Notes: a model not told the origin generated them from the sequence alone. DNA of 63,164 nt, filler included, from Octopus bimaculoides (GCF_001194135.2; 5 parts of 5 records of this genome joined end to end with filler, not necessarily neighbours in it); one strand, 5' to 3'; counted from the whole stretch's first letter, positions 11,864-25,670 are shown. Numbers and translations are program-made.

Positions 11864-12909
11864 CACACGCTCACACATACACACACAAAAACTCATACTG
11901 TAGTCATACATCTAACTGTACACGCAAGACATATACACAGACGTACATGCACACATATATGCATATATGCATATATATATGTGTGTTTATGTATGTATAT
12001 ATATATATATATATATATACATATATATTATCATACAGGAAGTCATGTGTGCGTCTTTCTTTCGGTTGAACTATTGTACAATATAGTTACTACACTTTTC
12101 AGTAATATAATCGTCGACAATGATGGCTTCTGAGATTCAATCCAATGTTATTTTTCGTTATTAATTTCTTTTGCATTTATAGATACACACGTTCTATTCC
12201 TCTAAATTATTTGAAACCGCTACTTTGGTTAGTCTATACACTTCGAAGCGATATATCTTTATATTTGTGTACATCTATGTGTATTCATATATAGGACATT
12301 ATTTTACGTCTAAAATATCCTCAAGAATTTTTCTCTTTTCAATAGTAATCAACTATGATTTATTGAGTACATTTTTACTGTGTTAAAATACAGCTTTATG
12401 TCACTCGGTTCTCTACTTTCAGATAATACAGCAAGACTGCACTGTATACGTTGATATCGGACATACTTTCGGAATCAATAAAATAAACAATCTATTATCC
12501 ATATGAACAGTGTCGAAACGCACCAGGCATACGAAATAATGTGTTTGCTCGATGTATAAGAAAGAACAGTCAAATCTATTTCAAGTCTTAGACAGTTGCC
12601 TTAAGACGCACACCATAGATAATATCCTTTTATGTGAAACCAAAATACAAGACTTTCATTATAAGCGCTTAATTTCATTCAGTTTCACCGAGTGAATTCT
12701 GACGTGTGTTTAAATAAATGTGAACATAGCAGATAATACATTCGTAAAAGTGAAATGCAATTTTAAAACGAAATTCTGATGCCACGAAAAGAAGTTCTGA
12801 TGCCACGAAAAGGACTCCTATGAGAATTGTTGATTGACCTCAAACAAGATTTATCTCCTGCATTTTACACCTTCGTATTTCACATTTATATCATTAATTA
12901 AAAATGTTC

Positions 12910-13112
12910 GCACAAGACCTGCAATTATGAACGGAGGGCGTTAGTCGATTTCTACGACACAATTACTCGACTGATGCTTATCTTATCGACTCAGACAGGA
13001 TGATAGGCGAAGACGACCGCAGCGGAATTTGAACGGGGAATGTAAAGAGTCAGAAGATATGGCACTAGGCAATTTGCCTTCCGCGCGAACCGGTCTACCA
13101 ACTCGCCACCTT
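12910..13112 (-). mobile_element. Degenerate SINE family B
   Basis: GCGGAATTTGAAC and CCAACTCGCCACCTT match the family B head in reverse. Confidence 0.65.
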
Positions 13113-14990
13113 CTTCTTACAGCTGTCGGAAGAACTACCTGTCGATGATTGATTTATGAGCAAATTACCCTCACATATTGTTCATCCGCTTAATTACCCT
13201 AGTATATGCCACCTTTCCGATGACCTTAATCTAATCCTCAGTTCAACTTCCAACATAATTTGAATCTACACAAATTTAACCTACACTACAATTTCAATCT
13301 ACCATGCAACTTTACGCTACAATCTCAGTTCACATCAATAACAGACTGCCTAGGACCTATTCTAGAACAACAATCGAATTAAAAACATAAAAATTTAAAC
13401 TATAGTACACCGTGAGTATCTATATCATAAAACTACATCATCTGAAGCACAGCTACACTACACTATCTTTCCAAACTACACCACAATTACGTTGCACTTT
13501 ATAACTTCACATAACAGCACATTTTCAACTGACTCTGTATCAGGTGTTCATATTAGAGACCTCTTCCCCATTTCTTAGATATGCAAAAGACCTACAATAT
13601 GAGGGAAAATCTAGTCGATGAAACAAACTCCAGCGCTTGTTCTGTAGTTATACCGACTCCAGCAATATTAAATACAATGTATGCCTCAAATGTATTTAAT
13701 ATCAGATCTCGAAGGGAAGTGACTAAGTAACAGCAAATAATTTTCTCCAACATTTTAACTTCTTTATTTATCCATCGCTCTTGTAAAATATAATTTCATA
13801 AAAGAAAAAAACAATTCTGTGATGAGTTGAGCGAAAAGATCAAAATATGAGTGGAAGCATTTTACTTATCTATCTGGTGTTTGTACATTCTTATCCAAAG
13901 TTAATCATATTTCTGATCTTCTAAATTTCTAATAAAATAAATTACTTGCTTAATCTGATAAGCCTCTCCTTCATCTTTCCGATGTCGTTGTGAGAGGGGC
14001 TGCCATGATATACGGACTATTTTATGTACTTTCAACTAATCCACGTGCTAATCCTAGGTATGCCCATAGTCGACTCTTCCGAGAAGACTAAAAGAGAGAT
14101 AGAATGGAAGAAAGGAAAGGCGAAAAGAGTCGGCTTCAGAACAGAGCTGCATTTTATTGATTGAACTAAACAATGAAAGGCAAATTCATCTGTAGCGGGA
14201 TTGCAACTTAGAGAGGACTAAAGCAAAATAACCTATATGCTCTTTTGATAAATTTGATACAAATGTATATAATCGTCCTGGCAAGTCAAGTGATTGTATG
14301 GCCATCATTCATAAAATGAAAAACAAACATATGTATGTTTTGAATATAAGAACAATATTTTTCTAATACCTACTTAATTTAAAAAAAAATAAAATGTATT
14401 TTAGTTGCTGAACGTGGAGAAACTCAACCAAATCTCAACCATCATTTTCAAATAATTTTCAAGTACAAACTTCATAAACACGACCACCTACACAGAAATA
14501 TGAGAAAGTGAAAGTAGGAAATGATAAAACGACGTCGTACAAAAATGACAAAACAAGAAGGTATAAACCACAAAAGCAAACATAAAAAAAAGAGAAAAGG
14601 TGAGTATAATTTCAAACAAAATAGAATATATGTAAATAGCTCTATAAATATAATTTAAGCAGAGGAATACATAGAAATGTAAAAACAACAATTCTCGTAT
14701 ACATATTTCAAAAAGCAATAATAATTAAACGAAAGAAAACACAAGCACTGGGAGACGTTGCCAGAAAAACAAAAAAAACAAAAACAAAAGAAGCAGCAAA
14801 CATACAAATATCACACACGCAGAGATTCCCGTGTGTAAGAATATACATAGACAAACATATATGTATATGCATATAAATATATATGTACTGTTCTATATGA
14901 TGAGGAATTCTGTACGTTATTTACCCTTGGCTGATTTACTTTCCAGCCTCTATCAGCATTTTTTGGCTGATGATATTATTCATTCGAGGA

Positions 14991-15059
14991 ACTGCCTGGA
15001 ATTGAACTGGCAATCTTGGGGTTAGTAGCCGGCGCTCTTAACCATTACGGTATATGCCC
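14991..15059 (-). mobile_element. tRNA-like head of family F
   Basis: Reverse: GGGCATATACCGTAATGGTTAAGAGCGCCGGCTACTAACCCCAAGATTGCCAGTTCAATTCCAGGCAGT. Confidence 0.85.
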
Positions 15060-15084
15060 ATGGGCAATTATAGAGGGAATTTTG

Positions 15085-15148
<64 letters not shown>

Positions 15149-15149
<1 letters not shown>

Positions 15150-15385
15150 TGAAGACAGCCGCAGAAAGAAGAAAGGTCTCAGTATGGCCTGGGTGGACTA
15201 CCAAAAGGCTTTCGACAGTGTTCCCCACACGTGGATTCTGGAAACACTAGCCATAAACAAGGTGGCACCAATTATCATAAAATACATAGAGCACTCAATG
15301 AACAAATGGCAGACAGTGCTACAGCTCCAAACAAAAGAGGGACTTGTGAAAACGAAAGCCATCCCCATTAGAAGAGGAATATTCC
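15149..15385 (+). mobile_element. R4/Dong-like RT fragment, uninterrupted, running into the scaffold join
   Basis: LSMAWVDYQKAFDSVPHTWILETL...IPIRRGIF; directly preceded by (TAA)n. Confidence 0.95.
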
Positions 15386-15485
15386 NNNNNNNNNNNNNNN
15401 NNNNNNNNNNNNNNNNNNNNNNNNNNNNNTTAATTAATTAANNNNNNNNNNNNNNNNNNNNNNNNNNNNNNNNNNNNNNNNNNNN
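15386..15485. other. Artificial 100-nt scaffold join
   Basis: 44 N + TTAATTAATTAA + 44 N. Confidence 0.95.
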
Positions 15486-16189
15486 ATATATATATATATA
15501 TATATATAAAACGTAAAAGGAATAGGGATTTGGAATCCAGGCAGTTACCATATTTGTACTCTGATATAATCCAGATCTGGCGCACCATATCGAATGCTAG
15601 GGAAATAACGGAATTGTTTGAGATAACCAATTGCACGGTATTTCATTTGATAGATAAATCCTGAGTTTGCTCCAATGGATTTCATACAGTACACACACAC
15701 ACACACACACACATGCATATATGAATATTTGTGTGTTGCGTGTATTTCGCGTATAATATATACGTACGCAAGTGCGCTTGATTGTACGAGTATATGCGTA
15801 TGAATGTGTGCGCTTATGAATGTATGCAAGAAAGATATTGATATTTGCAATTGTGTTCGTGTGTGCATGTGTGTGTATGAGTGCGTATGTGTATGTGTGT
15901 GTTATGTATGCATGTGTGTGCCTGAATGACTGTGTTATTGTTTGTATAACCAATTCCCGACGATAAGAGGCTGGGTGGTCTTCAACGAAAGCCGTCCTTT
16001 ACTTCTCCACCCCTCTCCCTCTTCCCCACACAGTTTAGTCACAATATAATTAACATCCAATAGAAGACTAATTCCAAACCTCAATATTGGTAAAACAATC
16101 TGATCCCTCTGAAGTCTAGTGAGAGAGAAAAAAAGGGGGACACAACACGGAATCAGTAGTAAAAAGCAAGACCACTTCGAAGTTCCAAA

Positions 16190-16567
16190 GTGTGATAAGA
16201 AGTTTACTTCCCAACCACACAGTTCCTGGTTCATTTCTGTTGCGTAGCACCTTGGGCAAGTATCTTTCACTAAAGCCTCAGGCCGATCAAAGCCTTGTGA
16301 ATGGATTTGGTGGACGGAAAGTGAAAGAAGCTCGTCGTATATATATATAAGGTATGTGTGTGTCTTTGTGTCTGTATTTGTCTCTCCCCCACCGCTTGAC
16401 AACCGGTGTTGGTGTGTTTATTGTCCCGTAACGTAACGGTGAGGCAAAAATCGATAGAATAAGTACTAGGCTTAAAAAAAAAAAATTATAATTACTGTGG
16501 TCAATTCGTTCGACTAAAAATTCTATAAGACAGTGCCCCAGCTTGGCCGCAGTTTAATAACTGAAAC
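16190..16567 (+). mobile_element. SINE family A (diverged)
   Basis: CCTTGGGCAAG...AAAGCCTTGTGA.TGGATTTGGT.GACGGAAA and tail GGCCGCAG...CTGAAAC as in 46082 and 62224. Confidence 0.85.
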
Positions 16568-17499
16568 ATATATATTAAAAAAAACTCGAAACTTCAGTGG
16601 CTCATGTTTTAGCAGATCTTCGTAATTTGACGTTGGTGGCATACAACATTTGGTAGACTGTGTTTGAAGGCAAGAACAACGACTGCACTAGTATTTGTAT
16701 GAGATTCTACATATATCTTATTGCTTGGAGCATTTCCATATATAAAATATCATACATGGGATGGGAGATATGATAGTTACAAGTCTTCATTGCATAAAAT
16801 ACGGAAATTATTCGTGGTTATTAAAGACAGAATAAGTAGAAAATGTGAGAACACCTTATCACAAAATTGACCAACAGAGTTCTGTGTAGCACCTGCGGTT
16901 GTTCTGGTTGAGAGTTCAATATTCCAACTTTTTATAACATTCAGTCAAGCTTCCAGAAATGTCTACCGAACTATTTATTTGGCAGGAAAATTTACAAAAC
17001 TTCATATCACATCTACCGCTTATTCGGTTACACACCAGCCAAGTGTGATTGTGGAACTATGTTCACATAGGCCCGAATACTTTTCATAGGGACAGAGTTA
17101 ATTTGTCGTAGTTGGTCTTTACATTTTTTATGCAATAATTGTTGATCACGGTCCTAAACTGGAAAGCCGAGCGAGATGGTTCGAAACTCTGAGAAGCCCT
17201 CATTACAAAACTGTTATGTTTCTTCCATTATTTTTATTTATTTATTTCCTGTTACTGTCGTCACTTCCGGGTTACCATTTTCATTTCAATTGCATTTTAC
17301 TTTCTCGTTTTTGAAAGCCTAAAATAAGATTTAGCCGGTCACTTGACCCATTAAAAAACAGTTAAATCTTCTCCCTTCTTACATCCTGCTGTCAAAATAG
17401 GTGGAGAGGGCACACATACGCTTATGTAGTTCTAGATACACAATATACAATGCATAAGAGAAAACTTTGATCAAAAGTTTGCTGGGCAGTTTAGACCAG

Positions 17500-17963
17500 T
17501 GGTCAAGCAACATCTACAACAGCAAGAACAACATCATCAGCATCAACATCACTAAATCACATCCACAACGAAACAACAATAACAAGCACAACACTATCAC
17601 AACGACCACCACAATTACTACTACCACTACAATTACTACTACCACCACCATAACCATCATCATTATCATCATCATCAGCATCATCAACAGCAACATCACC
17701 ACCACCACCACCACCACCACTACAACTACCACTATTCTCACCACCATCACCACTACTACTACACTACTACAAGTACTACCACTACCACAGCCACTACTAC
17801 TATACCACCACCACCACCATCACCACCACCACACCTACTACCACTGCCACAATCATCATCACCACCCTCACCAACACCACCATCATCCCCAGCACCAGGA
17901 GCACCACCACCACCTCCGTCACCGCACCACAATCACCGTCACCACCAACAACATATTCTACAG

Positions 17964-18015
<52 letters not shown>
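17500..18015. repeat. Compound CAA/CAC/CAT/TAC low-complexity tract ending in (CA)n
   Basis: Direct reading. Confidence 0.95.
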
Positions 18016-18017
<2 letters not shown>

Positions 18018-18469
18018 GATGACGTACTGCGACATACTTGAAAAGGACCAGACACTATTCAGTTCTAAGAAAGATAAAATGCAATAAATATATATTAAAC
18101 TAAGATTTAACTTCGATGGGAATCCGGCCGCGGATAATTTAGCGATTAAGGGTTAGGGTCCTTAGTGACTTACAGTGAAAAGGAGAAGGCATATAATTTA
18201 ATCGAAAACATTCTAGGTTCGTTTCCTAACTGAATCGTTCGGCAATTAGTTATCATCTTTATAAAATATATGTCTCTGTTAATATGTCAGCATTCGATAA
18301 ACGTTGTACGTTTATCAAGTTGAGTTAAATTTTGATGCATAAGTATACATTTTGATGCATAAGTAAATACATGAAAATATGTACGCATGTTCTCTTCTGT
18401 TTTTAATCATTTAAATACTTCCTCGGAGGAAGGAGCTGGTTTCTAACAAAGATACAAAGCAGTTCCATA

Positions 18470-18563
18470 CTTAAGAGATGAGGAATTATGTACATTATTT
18501 ACATTATTTACATTTGACGGATGTTTGTCCTCATCTTGTTCGTTGTTAACACAACGTTTCGGC
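18470..18563 (-). mobile_element. Family F 3' tail including the 3' half of its hammerhead
   Basis: Reverse complement of 40010-40095 (GCCGAAACGTTGTGTTAACAAC...GATGAGGACAAA...CTCATCTCTTAA). Confidence 0.92.
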
Positions 18564-18667
18564 ATATGGCGTAGTGGTTAACAGCGCAGGCTACTAACCC
18601 CAAGATTCCGAGTTCGATTCCAGGCAGTGACCTGAATAATAATAATAATAATAATAATGATAATAAT
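18564..18667 (+). mobile_element. Family F tRNA-like head plus (AAT)n
   Basis: ATATGGCGTAGTGGTTAA (A box)...GAGTTCGATTCC (B box)...GTGACCTGAATAATAAT. Confidence 0.92.
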
Positions 18668-18706
18668 AGAGAAAGGATTGGGATAACTCCTCCTGAAGAT
18701 ATAGAG

Positions 18707-18747
18707 TGAACGATATTTCGACATCTTGTGTGTCTTCAACGGGTTCA
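18707..18747 (-). ncRNA. Decayed minimal hammerhead ribozyme motif
   Basis: UGAAC-CCGUUGA-A-GACA(CACAAGA)UGUC-GAA-AUAU-C-GUUCA; two core substitutions. Confidence 0.55.
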
Positions 18748-19198
18748 AAAAATAAATTTGTCAATCTACTTCATTTTGGTTAATATAGAAAGGATTGAGG
18801 TAACTCCTCCTGAAGATATAGAGTCAAAATTGTGAAAACAAAATGCCGAATGAGAACCACGGAAATGTGAGAAGTTTGTAAAAAACCTCTGTGTGGCAAA
18901 TGTGCGCTAAAACATCATGATGAATGCGACTATTGCGACTAGTATCACCATGAAGTCATAAAATTCAATAGATTTATACATTTAATAAAAATTATCTGCC
19001 TCTCCTTTTAATCTCTTTTCCCTTTCAAATTGAAAAATCATCTTTGCGTCAATTCTGGTCCTCTACTTTGTAGAGAGGAAAAATACTGGGAAAAGGCTGA
19101 ATTTGTTTTTATATTAAAATACATTTTTTGTGTAATTAAAACAAGCTTAACGTTCTAAGGAGAAAACAATTTTATTTATGTATTTATATGGACGAAAA

Positions 19199-19445
19199 TA
19201 TTGGGTTGCCCGGAAAGTTCGTGCCGATTTATAGTAGCTTGCCTTTCGACTTATTTTAGAACATGTGTAGTCAAATAGAATTTGACTACACCTCCATTTA
19301 GAGCACAGTTTAAGCTATCTTTTCATGGAATAAGGTTTATGTTCCTATAACCTGTGTTAATTCTGTAACCCTTTTAAAATGGAAGATAAGAAAATTCATT
19401 TTCGCCACTTGATGCTTTTCATTTTCACTTGATGCTTTTCAAATG
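19199..19445 (+). mobile_element. 5' fragment of a mariner element
   Basis: TA + TIR TTGGGTTGCCCGGAAAGTTC; transposase start MEDKKIHFRHLMLF near 19379. Confidence 0.85.
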
Positions 19446-19715
19446 TCAATTTGATCACCGTAAACAAATCATCGGTGTTAATTCATGCACCCCACACGTA
19501 TAGACACCCACATAAAACTGCGTGCAGTTCTATTTAAGACGTTCGTGAGCGCTCAAAAGGGCCTTCACAGTCGAAAGGGCCTCACCTTTACAGTCTCGGA
19601 AGAAAAATTCTCCTTATATCCAATATATGAAAGAGTGACAATATTGCTGGTTCAATATTGCTGTGGTCGCCATCTTGCTTTACGGCATGCCCGTCACTCA
19701 AGGGAAGGCAATGAT

Positions 19716-20240
19716 AGTCTTCTTCTTCTTCTTCTTCTTCTTCTTCTTCTTCTTCTTCTTCTTCTTCTTCTTCTTCTTCTTCTTCTTCTTCTTCTTCTTC
19801 ACTCTTTGACATTTCCTTTCTACCAATTCCACGTCCCTTCAAGAAGCTGTCAATAGAAGAAAACTAAAAACTCTTCCAATTCCTGAGGACTTTTTCTTTT
19901 TTCTTTTTGTTTTTGTTTTTGCTTTTTGTTTTTCTTTTTTTAATTTTCTTTAAAAATATTTTTTTTTTTTTCCACCTTTTTCTTTCTTGGTTTGAAAAAA
20001 AGTGAAAATTGGTAGAGAACAGAAAACAAATAACAGCAACAACAACAACAACAGCAACAACAAAAACAACGTCACCATCGTCATCAAAAGCAGTAACAAC
20101 AAAAGTTACAACAACAACAGTAACAACAACAATGAGAATAACAACAACAACAACAACAACAATGAGATCAACAATGACAACAACAACAGCAGCAACAATT
20201 GTAGAATCATCATCATCATTACCATCATCAACATCATCAT

Positions 20241-20272
<32 letters not shown>

Positions 20273-20490
20273 TCATCGTCCATCATCATCATCATCATCA
20301 TCCACCATCATCCACCGTCATCATCACCATCTTCATCATCATCATTATCATCATCATAAACAGCAACAACAACAATAAGAATAATACTAACATAATTTAC
20401 AAAAAGAAAAAGAAGAACCCCCCCCCCCCGCCAAATGTAATGCAAAACAAACAAACCAAAACAAACAACAGCAACAACAACAACCTTTAA
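19716..20490. repeat. (CTT)n, T-rich, (CAA)n and (CAT)n tracts
   Basis: Direct reading. Confidence 0.95.
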
Positions 20491-21181
20491 CTTTGTATTG
20501 AAACTTTGTGAATCTTGTCTTGCTTTATCTCTCTCTCTCTCTTTCTCTCTGTCTATCTATTTATGAGTCTCTCTCTCCTTACCTCTCTTGTTCTCTCTCT
20601 ATCTCTCTCTTTCTCTCTGGTTATTCTCTCTCTCTCACTCTCTCTTTCTCCCACTCTTTCTCTCTCCCCATCTCTCTTTCTCTCCAATGATATCTTTTCT
20701 AGAAATTTCTTTTGTTCCAACAAATGGCAGCTGCCAATTTCTTACTTCCATCCCTCAAGACTTTTTTTATCCACCCTCCACCTATCTCTCCTCACCTCTC
20801 TCTCTTCTCTCTCCCCCCCTCTTTCTCTCTCTCTCTCTCTCTCTCTCTTCCTCTCAGCCTAGAAACTTATTTTTTTATTAATCTATACCGGTAAATATAA
20901 CATACAAAAATTAACACACGCTTACACACACATGCACACATATATACACGCACACACACTCACACACACATATTCATATACATAGCTACATATATACATA
21001 CATATGCACGAAAAAGAAACAAGCTTGTAAAAAAACAAACGAATATATACCTGCACTTACAAACCAACATGTGTATACACACGCACACACATACACATGC
21101 GTATAGAAGCACAATCATAAACACATGTAAGAACACACATGCCACTACTATCTTTATAATTTAGCACACGCACGCAGACAC

Positions 21182-21220
<39 letters not shown>

Positions 21221-21279
21221 TACGTGTGTATGTGTGTGTATGTGTGTGTGTGTGTATGTACATATATATATGTATGCAT

Positions 21280-21318
<39 letters not shown>

Positions 21319-21916
21319 GAGAGAAAATAAGAGAAAGAGAGAGAGATATAAAAAGAAAGAGAGGGAAAATTAGAAAGGCTTCTGAATAAAGAGTAATGTT
21401 GTGCTTGTGTGTGTGTGTGTGTGTGTATACACACGAACATATATACATACATACATACATACATATATATATATATACATATATATATATATGTGTGTGT
21501 ACACATGTATGTGTGTGTATGTANNNNNNNNNNNNNNNNNNNNNNNNNNNNNNNNNNNNNNNNNNNNNNNNNNNNNNNNNNNNNNNNNNNNNNNNNNNNN
21601 NNNNNNNNNNNNNNNNNNNNNNNNNNNNNNNNNNNNNNNNNNNNNNNNNNNNNNNNNNNNNNNNNNNNNNNNNNNNNNNNNNNNNNNNNNNNNNNNNNNN
21701 NNNNNNNNNNNNNNNNNNNNNNNNNNNNNNNNNNNNNNNNNNNNNNNNNNNNNNNNNNNNNNNNNNNNNNNNNNNNNNNNNNNNNNNNNNNNNNNNNNNN
21801 NNNNNNNNNNNNNNNNNNNNNNNNNNNNNNNNNNNNNNNNNNNNNNNNNNNNNNNNNNNNNNNNNNNNNNNNNNNNNNNNNNNNNNNNNNNNNNNNNNNN
21901 NNNNNNNNNNNNNNNN

Positions 21917-21966
<50 letters not shown>

Positions 21967-22239
21967 GTGTGTGTACACATGTATGTGTGTGTATGTATAT
22001 ATATATGGAGAAAGAGAGGAGAAGGGGGAGTGGGGAGGAGGTGACTATAAAAAACAAAGGCAAACAGAAAGCAGTAAAGCAAGTGTCACTGGTGTGAAAT
22101 GTTATGACTGTGAGCAATGTTTGCAGTATTTTGGACAGCCATTGTGGAAAGGGCTGAGAGCTAGATGTGTAGAGGCGAGTGTTGAGAGAAATGTTCACAA
22201 TCAGATCTGATGGTAATCTTCGATCACAGCAACACTGCA

Positions 22240-22680
22240 GGCAGATTGGTGGCTGGTACAGGATGTTTGTGGGAGTACAGTGGAGTACGGAATAAGTGGG
22301 GAAGTATGATGAAGTACGGTAGAGCACGGAAATGTATGGGAGAGTCCGGTGGGGTCTGGTGGGGTATGGGAATGTATGGTTGCTCACTGAGTACCGTGGA
22401 ACAGGGGAATGCACGGTGAAGTCCTACTGCGTAGTGGGGTGTACGAGAATGTATGGGCAAGTACTAGAGAGTACGATGGAGCGCGGAATGCACGGCAAAG
22501 AGAGAGTACGTTGAAGTACAAACACAGTGGAACCGGAAGTGTACGGCAAAATGCGACGATGAACGGTGGAGCACGAGAATGTACGGGAAAGCACGTGGAA
22601 ATACGGGGAAGTTATGAAATATGCGAGTAATTACGATGGAGTGTTGTAATTAATAGAAATGTCCGAGGGATTATGGCAGG
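22240..22680. repeat. Degenerate purine-rich minisatellite, roughly 10-nt period (GGAGTACGG / GAATGTACGG)
   Basis: GTACGG/GTATGG/GCACGG recur throughout. Confidence 0.7.
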
Positions 22681-25161
22681 ACAGATATGGAGTGCCTAAG
22701 ATTATCAAATCGCTTTCTCCTTTTTAAGGGATTGGAGTGTGATTTAGCTGCTGTTTGGAACAAGTCGAGCAACCAAATATAGTTTCCCAATGAGTAATTG
22801 TTGTTGTTCGTGATGTAAGGGAGGAGTAGTATGAGGAGGATTTGGCTGCTGTTTCATGCACATCGATCAATAATGCAGAAGCTTCTTCGTGTTCTTGTTG
22901 TTGGTGATGTTGTTAACCCCAGTTCCAGCTCTGTTAAGATAAAAGACGTCTTTACCACGACCATTCCGTCATTTATTCATGCATATAGGACGACGTTATC
23001 CAAAATTTGCTGCTTCTCCTGCTGGAGTTGTTTTACCTCCTCCTCCTCCTCCTCCTCCTCCTCCTCCTCCTNNNNNNNNNNNNNNNNNNNNNNNNNNNNN
23101 NNNNNNNNNNNNNNNNNNNNNNNNNNNNNNNNNNNNNNNNNNNNNNNNNNNNNNNNNNNNNNNNNNNNNNNNNNNNNNNNNNNNNNNNNNNNNNNNNNNN
23201 NNNNNNNNNNNNNNNNNNNNNNNNNNNNNNNNNNNNNNNNNNNNNNNNNNNNNNNNNNNNNNNNNNNNNNNNNNNNNNNNNNNNNNNNNNNNNNNNNNNN
23301 NNNNNNNNNNNNNNNNNNNNNNNNNNNNNNNNNNNNNNNNNNNNNNNNNNNNNNNNNNNNNNNNNNNNNNNNNNNNNNNNNNNNNNNNNNNNNNNNNNNN
23401 NNNNNNNNNNNNNNNNNNNNNNNNNNNNNNNNNNNNNNNNNNNNNNNNNNNNNNNNNNNNNNNNNNNNNNNNNNNNNNNNNNNNNNNNNNNNNNNNNNNN
23501 NNNNNNNNNNNNNNNNNNNNNNNNNNNNNNNNNNNNNNNNNNNNNNNNNNNNNNNNNNNNNNNNNNNNNNNNNNNNNNNNNNNNNNNNNNNNNNNNNNNN
23601 NNNNNNNNNNNNNNNNNNNNNNNNNNNNNNNNNNNNNNNNNNNNNNNNNNNNNNNNNNNNNNNNNNNNNNNNNNNNNNNNNNNNNNNNNNNNNNNNNNNN
23701 NNNNNNNNNNNNNNNNNNNNNNNNNNNNNNNNNNNNNNNNNNNNNNNNNNNNNNNNNNNNNNNNNNNNNNNNNNNNNNNNNNNNNNNNNNNNNNNNNNNN
23801 NNNNNNNNNNNNNNNNNNCACCACCACCACCACCACTACCACCACCACCATCACGACGACCCCCCCCACCAGTAACAACAACAACAACATCACCAACAAC
23901 AATTCCAGGACTAATAACTTTATTACCATAACAAGCACTGATACAGCATTCATCATCATCATCATCATCACCATCACAACTCGATCAACAACAACAACAA
24001 CAACTAAAATGCAAGACCACCATCACTATCACTTTTATCCCAATCAACACCGATACCACCACCGACTACAACAGTAACAGTAACAGCAATATGAATACTA
24101 CTACCTCCACCACCACCAAAAAGAAGAGTAACGCCTTCATCTCCACTACAACCACCGCCACAAACAACCACAACAACAGCAAAAACAACACCACCAACTG
24201 CGGTAATAGCAACACCGATACCACTATCACAGCCACCGATACCACCACCACTACCACCTTACAACAATCACCCACTAGCAGTAATAACAACAATAACAAC
24301 ACCTCCACCACCACCACCACCAGCACTAACAATAACAACAACACTAACATCACCACCACCACCACCACCACCATCAACAACAATAACAAAAAGAAACAAG
24401 AATAACAAGAGTAAAACACCATCAACTTCACCAGCAACCCCACCACCACCGCCATCACCTCCATCACCTCCGTCACCTCCATCACCACTAACAACAACAA
24501 TAACAAGATGACGAATAAGAACAATAGTGAAGCTGTATTAGAATTGAATTGCTATGAGATGGTTGATAAGGTGAGTAGATGGGAGTTGCGATGAAGTGGA
24601 GACAAGCAGAGATAAAAAGCATATCAGGTGCACCAAACTAAGCTACGTATGTGTGTGTATATGTCTGTATCTATTGTATGTCTATGTATATATGCATATA
24701 TTTGTACGTGCGCGTGTGTGTACGTATGAGTGTTTGTATGTATGAATATTTGTTTGTATGCATGTATATGTGTGAATGTGTTTGTATTTGTAGGCGAGCT
24801 CGGTTTTTTTTTTGGTAAATTCTCTATTTTTCTTTTGCAAACAACTTAATTTTTTTTCTTCTTCAAGGTAAATAAATAGTAAACAAGTTAGTGTGCTCAC
24901 AGGCAGGCAGACACACAGACGGCTATGTAGAAGCAAATACGGGCGCTCACCCGTGCATACACCACAGTAAAAAACAACAACAATGACGTGCAACCTTAAA
25001 CACACACATCTACATATATATAAGCGCGCGCACACATACACACACTCACACACACACACACGCACACACAAGAATATGCTCATACGCCTGCATAGAGATT
25101 GCATTTAATTCTCAATGGTATGTGTATGTATGTGTGTACGTACGTACGTATGTATGTATGC

Positions 25162-25217
<56 letters not shown>

Positions 25218-25423
25218 CTACATACGCAGACATTCATATATACGTAAATGTATGTAGCAATGTATGTATAATTTAGGTATATTTACGTACAAACAGAGCA
25301 CTCTGTACATTGGATAGAGTATATATTTGCAGAACTGTTGTTGACTCAAGCTCAAGCGTTATTCGCAGTATGAACAACACATAAAATACGTATCTAGTTG
25401 CTTCGATTTTCGCCGTAATACAC

Positions 25424-25480
<57 letters not shown>

Positions 25481-25494
25481 TGAAATTCTTTTAG

Positions 25495-25670
25495 GGAACT
25501 GGATCTCGAAATACATGTAAAGCTGTAAATAAAAGCCTGAAAACACTGGGCTGGAAATCTTTTTGGATAGAAAAAGTCGAAAAGCTCGAAATCCTATCCT
25601 AAAAGGTTTTTCATCCTTATGTTTCCATGATATTATTTACAGCTTTATATGTACTCCGAGATCCAGTTCC
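25495..25670. mobile_element. Fold-back element / MITE
   Basis: 38-bp arms 25495-25532 and 25633-25670 with 3 mismatches; inner GGATAG/CTATCC pairing. Confidence 0.75.

Noticed and set aside
18564-18630. tRNA genes at SINE heads (also 660, 31432, 34794, 45733)
   Set aside because: A/B boxes are present but acceptor stems are incomplete, and each head continues into a multicopy SINE body.
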